From: Candidatus Nanohalobium sp.
GTDB lineage: Archaea > Nanohalarchaeota > Nanosalinia > Nanosalinales > Nanosalinaceae
Direction: 5' to 3'
DNA length: 19,626 nucleotides
Assembly: GCA_042217545.1 (NCBI GenBank)
Contig: JBDGSM010000046.1
Coordinates: 1 to 19,626, forward strand
Below, one piece after another: positions 15,177 through 19,626 of the stretch (position 1 is the first letter of the stretch; every line of letters starts with the position of its first letter). The position numbers were made by a program, and so were the translations under genes. A model generated the notes under the pieces. The model did not search any database, had not been told where the DNA came from, and saw only the letters and a program-made list of their open reading frames with translations.

Positions 15177-17072
15177 TCAGTCCTTGAACTCGGATTTTCC
15201 TGGCGGCAGAGATCTTATGATGTAGTCAAGTTTCAGTTCCTTGCTTAACCGGGACTGGATGGTCTTCGCCAGCTCCGATTTCTTGGTGTGGCCAGGCCTC
15301 AGGTTGATGTAGTTGTCGCAGTGCTCTCTTATCGCGTTTTCCGGTCCGCACATCGAAACTTTGTGATCTTCTATCTCGTAAATGCCGATCGAGGCCTCTA
15401 CTGACATGTTTCTCATGTATTCTCTGTCGCCTCTGATGACGAAGGCTCCTTTCTGGAGGTACTCTCCTGACTCAGGCTCTTCAGTTACCTGTTCTGGGTC
15501 GACGTAGTAGACGTCGTCGGCGCCGATGCCAGCCTTCCAGGTCTTTGCGAACGTGACAGCGGCCTTCGCAGCCTCCTCTCGCGTCGCCTCCCCGCATTCC
15601 TGCCCTTCCTTGACAACGACGCTGGGCGCACCGTCAAAGTCCGCGTGAAAGTACAGGTCGTTGCTTTCCATGTGCTTGTTGACCAGCATATCATTGGTCT
15701 GGGCGTCTCTACCGCAGAGAACCAGGAAGTCCTCGGATGAACGGAACCAGCGATACTTCTCGAACCACTCCTTGTCCCGCTTCTCCGTCTTGTCCTCCAT
15801 CACTTCATCCAGCTCGATATCCTCCTCTTCCAGCTCTGCAAGCTCCTCTTCAGTCTCCTCCAGGGCCTTTTCCACGGAATCGATCTTCGACTCCGAATTC
15901 TTCGCCTTATCATAGTAACGGGAGGCGATAGCCTCCAGGTTATCGTCCAGAGTCAACTTGATACTTTTTCCATCAACTGTTACAGATACGAACTCGTTCT
16001 GCTCGTTAAGAGAGTTTATACGGTCCGTTAATTCTCTCTCCGACTCCTGCAGCATCTCCTCGGTCTCCTTCCATCCATGCTTTTCCACACCTTTCTTCAC
16101 TGCTTCCTGAATCTCCTCCAGGAGCTGATAGTTCTCGTAGACAAGCTCTGCCTTCTCCCTGTTCTGCTCCGCGGACTTCTTCAGGCCTTCCTTCTTCCGC
16201 TCCTGCTGCTCAAGCTGGCGTTCAAGGCCTTCCTTCCTCTCCCTGTAGGCCTCACGTTTCTCCCTCTCCTCTTTTCGCTGCTCCTTCCTGTAGAAGAACT
16301 CGTCCAGTGCTTCAGAGAACTTCTCGAACTCCTCGCTGTCGTATTCTTCGTAGGTCTGTAGTGGGAACGGTGTGGCTCGCTCCATTTTCTCTCCATCCCT
16401 GTAAAGCACCGGTTCAGGCCTTTCCGCGGATTCAAAGATCTCTCTGATCTCCTCGTCTATCCTCTCCTTTTCTTCCTCGCCCAGTTCGGAGATCTCGGTA
16501 TTTTTATCGATCTCAGCTCTGGCGCAGATCTCTTCCGCGTACGTGCCTCCGAGCCTGAGGCCTGCCGCGATCTCTCTTACGATTTCGCCTTCGCCCAGGT
16601 TTTTCACAAAGCTTTCAAGGCCTCTGGGGTCTTCTGCCGGTTCCGGGTACTTGTATTCGTTTCCGACCCTGATCTCCCTGTCCGCCCATTCCTCCTCTCT
16701 GAGGGCTCCGATTATCTTGTCGTCTTTCAGGAGGATGAAGTTTCCTTTTCCGAAAATCTCGCATATCAGTGTGTGTTCTCCGCTCTCTATCTCCAGGATG
16801 CGGTCGAATCCTTTCTGTTCTATAGAATCTACTCGGGAAAGGTGCTTCCTAAGCTCCATGCAGAAGCCCGGCGGCTTCATAGGGTTGTCACGCTTGTACT
16901 TCGAGATGAAAGCGTGGTTCGTCCCGATTATCAGGCGTTTTTTTCCCTCTCCATGAACGTAGATTTCCAGGGTTAGTTCCTGGCCTCTCTGGTAGACTTT
17001 CTGGATATGGCCTTCCTCCAGCTCCTTGAATTCTTCTTCGAGGATTGAAAGATCCAGGCTTGTCAGTTCCAT
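15177..17072 (-). CDS. rqcH: Ribosome quality-control protein RqcH/Rqc2 (NFACT, FbpA-like)
   Basis: N-terminal IQKVYQ, PPGFCMELRKHL, Q.GFDRI, EIFGKGN, GGTYAEEIC. A coiled coil follows, then NFACT-R (WFEKYRWFRSS, GRDAQTND, FHAD..GAP, VTEEPESGEYL.KGAFVIRG). Confidence 0.95.
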   Translation of the reverse strand: MELTSLDLSILEEEFKELEEGHIQKVYQRGQELTLEIYVHGEGKKRLIIGTNHAFISKYKRDNPMKPPGFCMELRKHLSRVDSIEQKGFDRILEIESGEHTLICEIFGKGNFILLKDDKIIGALREEEWADREIRVGNEYKYPEPAEDPRGLESFVKNLGEGEIVREIAAGLRLGGTYAEEICARAEIDKNTEISELGEEEKERIDEEIREIFESAERPEPVLYRDGEKMERATPFPLQTYEEYDSEEFEKFSEALDEFFYRKEQRKEEREKREAYRERKEGLERQLEQQERKKEGLKKSAEQNREKAELVYENYQLLEEIQEAVKKGVEKHGWKETEEMLQESERELTDRINSLNEQNEFVSVTVDGKSIKLTLDDNLEAIASRYYDKAKNSESKIDSVEKALEETEEELAELEEEDIELDEVMEDKTEKRDKEWFEKYRWFRSSEDFLVLCGRDAQTNDMLVNKHMESNDLYFHADFDGAPSVVVKEGQECGEATREEAAKAAVTFAKTWKAGIGADDVYYVDPEQVTEEPESGEYLQKGAFVIRGDREYMRNMSVEASIGIYEIEDHKVSMCGPENAIREHCDNYINLRPGHTKKSELAKTIQSRLSKELKLDYIIRSLPPGKSEFKD

Positions 17073-17158
17073 AGAAAGGCCTTGTAACTTGAAAAGTTAA
17101 AATAGGGTGACTGGTGCAGGTTGGTGCAGAATATTCACACTTCTTGAACATAGAAGAG

Positions 17159-17166
17159 TTTATAAT
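17159..17166 (+). promoter_or_regulatory. Putative TATA box for nrdA
   Basis: TTTATAAT preceded by a purine-rich BRE-like AGAAGAG. It lies upstream of the NrdR-like box. Assignment to nrdA is inference. Confidence 0.4.
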
Positions 17167-17222
17167 GAAGGCATTCCAAAACAGAATTGCGTACGAGATA
17201 TCTGGGGGAGGGAATTCATCGC

Positions 17223-17238
17223 CCACAACATGTAGTGG
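17223..17238. promoter_or_regulatory. NrdR-box-like palindromic operator
   Basis: CCACAACATGTAGTGG matches the bacterial consensus acaCwAtATaTwGtgt at all upper-case positions. It lies 110 bp upstream of nrdA. A weaker copy may exist at ~17193-17208. Confidence 0.7.
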
Positions 17239-17348
17239 GTCTCTCTAATCGTCTATCCCCAGCTATACCTTAGAGGCCTGTTTCAGGCCTTTACTGGATA
17301 AACAGTAGCTAGCTGCAGCTATATCGCAGTATAACGGTGTTATATAAG

Positions 17349-19626
17349 ATGACGGATCAGAAAAGTGTTGGAAAGAGCCCGGAGTCTGAAAGCTCCCTAA
17401 AACCCAAGCAAATATTCGGAAATGCGTTCCAGGACCTGGATCCTGAGATCGGTATCGAAGATCTAATAGATCAGGCGGATTCACAGCTTTATGCTGGGGC
17501 GTCCCAGGAGGAACGTTTCGAGGCCTGTATCCAGGCAGCGACGTCACATATCGATCGGGATCCTGCTATGAAGAAGGTAGCTGCTGATATTTTCCTTCAG
17601 AAGTACTACAGAGAAGTTATCGGTGATTTCGATTCAGCTAGCTTCGAGGAAAAGTACAGAGAGGTTTTCGCTAGGAACATCCGCAGAATGGTGTCCGAAG
17701 AGATTCTCGACGAGAGGATGCTCACATATGATCTCGAGAAGCTGGCGGAGGAGATCAGGCCTGAAAGAGACCAGCTATTTGACTACATGGCGCTCGATAC
17801 CCTTTACCAGCGTTACTTCCTGAAGAAGGAGGATGAAAGACTTGAACTGCCTCAGGCCTTCTGGATGCGGGTTGCTATGGGTGTTGCGCTTCAGGAACCT
17901 GTTGCCAACAGGCAGGAAAGAGCTTCAGAGTTTTACGAGAAGCTTTCAAAGCTAAAGTTCGTGCATTCGACTCCTACGCTCTTCCACGCCGGTACGACCC
18001 ATCCGCAGCTATCTTCCTGTTATCTGACGACTGTGAGCGATGACCTTGAACATATCTTTGATTCCTACCAGGATCACGCGATGCTTTCGAAATGGAGCGG
18101 AGGCCTCGGAAACGACTGGACGAACGTCAGGGCTGAAGGTGCGCTGATAGAGTCCACAGGCGTCGAATCGACAGGTATAGTACCTTTTCTGAAGATCTCA
18201 AACGATGTAACGCACGCTATCAACCGAAGTGGAAAGAGGAGAGGTGCTGCATGCGCCTACCTCGAGGCCTGGCACCTTGACTTCCCTGACTTCCTTGATC
18301 TCAAGAGGAACACCGGAGATGAGAGAAGGAGAACTCACGATATGAACACTGCGGCCTGGGTTCCGGACCTCTTCATGAAAAGAGTCGAAAAAGACGAGGA
18401 ATGGACTTTCTTCTCACCCGACGAGGTTCCAGAGCTCCATGGCATCTACGGCCAGGAGTTCGAGGAAAAATACAGGAAGTACGAGGAGAAGGCCGAGAAC
18501 GGGGAGCTCAGACAGTACGAGAAAGTGGATGCGAAAGAGCTGTGGCGGAACATGCTCACCAGGCTGTTCGAAACCGGTCATCCATGGATCACTTTCAAGG
18601 ATCCATGCAACATCAGAAGCCCTCAGGATCACGAAGGCACGATCCACTCATCCAACCTGTGTACAGAGATCACGCTGAACACCAGTGAGGACGAACATGC
18701 TGTATGCAACCTTGGAAGCGTCAACCTTGCAGAACACGTCGATGAGGAAGGCCTCAAGGCTGAGGAGCTGAAGGATACTGTCTCGACAGCTATGCGGATG
18801 CTTGACAACGTCATAGATCTATGTTTCTACCCTACAGAGGAAGCCGAGAACAGCAACATGAGGCACAGGCCTGTAGGCCTTGGAGTGATGGGGTTCCACG
18901 ACGCGCTGATCAAGCAGAGGATCCCTATGGATTCGGAGGAAGCTCTGGAGTTTGCTGACATGTCTCAGGAGTTCATTGCGTATCATGCGATTATGAACTC
19001 GTCGAAGCTGGCTGAGGAACGTGGAAGTTACGAGTCGTTTGAAGGCAGCAAGTGGGACCGGGATATCCTTCCGCAGGACTCGCTGGATCTCCTTGAAGAG
19101 GAGAGAGGCCGTGAAATACCTCTTCCAAGAGAAGAGCGTCTGGAATGGGATCAGGTCAGGAAACATATCCAGGAACACGGCATGAGGAACTCCAACGTCA
19201 TGGCTGTAGCCCCGACTGCCACAATTTCTACGATCTCCGGAGTTTCCCCGAGTATAGAGCCGCGCTACAGTAATCTTTACGTCAAATCCAATATGAGCGG
19301 TGACTTCACGATTATAAACGATTACCTGGTCGAGGATCTGAAGGAGGAAGGCCTCTGGGAGGAGAAGACTGTTGAGCAGATTAAGGCCTCCGATGGATCT
19401 ATCCAGGAGATCGACAGGATTCCAGAGGAAATCAAAGATCTGCATAAGGGAGCGTTCGAGATCGATCCAAGACATCAGTTGAAATTAACTGCTCACAGGA
19501 TGCAGTGGATAGATCAGTCTGTGTCTCACAACGTTTTCTTCCCTTCAACTGATGGAACCAAGCTGGATTCAGTTTACAAGACTGCGTGGGAGTACGGTCT
19601 GAAGACGACCTACTACCTGCGTTCAC
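17349..19626 (+). CDS. nrdA: Class I ribonucleoside-diphosphate reductase alpha subunit (3'-truncated by the window edge)
   Basis: Manual translation from ATG at 17349 is open to the end. Motifs: ELPQAFWMRVAMG, STPTLFHAG, PQLSSCYL, SKWSGGLG, KRRGAACAYLEAWH, TGDERRR, ETGHPW, SSNLCTEI (active-site N-x-C-x-E), VCNLGS, RPVGLGVMG, APTATIS, WIDQSVS, GLKTTYYLR (class I YY dyad). Not in the ORF track. Confidence 0.97.
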   Translation, partial: MTDQKSVGKSPESESSLKPKQIFGNAFQDLDPEIGIEDLIDQADSQLYAGASQEERFEACIQAATSHIDRDPAMKKVAADIFLQKYYREVIGDFDSASFEEKYREVFARNIRRMVSEEILDERMLTYDLEKLAEEIRPERDQLFDYMALDTLYQRYFLKKEDERLELPQAFWMRVAMGVALQEPVANRQERASEFYEKLSKLKFVHSTPTLFHAGTTHPQLSSCYLTTVSDDLEHIFDSYQDHAMLSKWSGGLGNDWTNVRAEGALIESTGVESTGIVPFLKISNDVTHAINRSGKRRGAACAYLEAWHLDFPDFLDLKRNTGDERRRTHDMNTAAWVPDLFMKRVEKDEEWTFFSPDEVPELHGIYGQEFEEKYRKYEEKAENGELRQYEKVDAKELWRNMLTRLFETGHPWITFKDPCNIRSPQDHEGTIHSSNLCTEITLNTSEDEHAVCNLGSVNLAEHVDEEGLKAEELKDTVSTAMRMLDNVIDLCFYPTEEAENSNMRHRPVGLGVMGFHDALIKQRIPMDSEEALEFADMSQEFIAYHAIMNSSKLAEERGSYESFEGSKWDRDILPQDSLDLLEEERGREIPLPREERLEWDQVRKHIQEHGMRNSNVMAVAPTATISTISGVSPSIEPRYSNLYVKSNMSGDFTIINDYLVEDLKEEGLWEEKTVEQIKASDGSIQEIDRIPEEIKDLHKGAFEIDPRHQLKLTAHRMQWIDQSVSHNVFFPSTDGTKLDSVYKTAWEYGLKTTYYLRS

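Larger units (their letters stand above)
193..19389. repeat. Highly iterated 6-bp palindrome AGGCCT dispersed through the window
   Basis: Manual count is about 86 exact copies, e.g. 193, 486, 637, 1582, 1615, 1706, 2017, 2047, 5452, 5552, 5604, 9366, 9396, 10395, 10404, 10458, 10506, 10572, 17274, 17285, 18867, 18875, 19349, 19384. About 5 are expected (19626/4096). Confidence 0.93.

Noticed and set aside
14900..15225. ORFs 14882-15088, 14900-15118 and 14992-15225
   Set aside because: They overlap the tRNA and hairpin array and have non-halophilic, implausible sequences.
193..19389. AGGCCT sites as StuI cloning or ligation artefacts
   Set aside because: The sites lie inside intact conserved reading frames without breaking motifs, so they are native sequence.
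1686..19626. Numerous antisense or alternate-frame ORFs in the track (e.g. 2058-2591, 5540-6211, 10209-11120, 13005-13643, 13643-14242, 18819-19475)
   Set aside because: They overlap well-supported genes, lack motifs, and have the Phe/Leu/Ser-rich composition expected from the reverse complement of Glu/Lys-rich genes.
17349..19626. Intein or intron in nrdA
   Set aside because: The frame is continuous, motif spacing is normal, and no intein termini or homing endonuclease motifs were seen.

Overview
Gene-dense chromosomal window from a halophilic archaeon, most likely a nanohaloarchaeon (DPANN). This is inferred from the very acidic proteins, archaeal RqcH/NFACT, a DUF5828-like gene, leaderless starts with TATA-like boxes, very short intergenic gaps and ~50% GC. 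The window is dominated by deoxynucleotide and folate-cycle genes: folA, thyA, glyA, an internally deleted folC, tmk, a class I ribonucleotide reductase alpha subunit preceded by an NrdR-box-like palindrome, a Nudix-Nudix-MazG fusion and an HD hydrolase. It also holds tRNA-Pro(GGG), membrane proteins, a possible split signalling system and an AT-rich GEVED-domain surface glycoprotein gene. Two large genes running off the window edges (surface protein, nrdA) and three small or broken ORFs are absent from the ORF track or wrongly delimited in it; I read them by hand. The strongest signal not explained by genes is the palindrome AGGCCT. I count about 86 copies by hand (one per ~230 bp, versus ~5 expected by chance), in all three reading frames and in intergenic DNA, resembling cyanobacterial HIP1. 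A dense hairpin array also abuts the 5' end of the tRNA.
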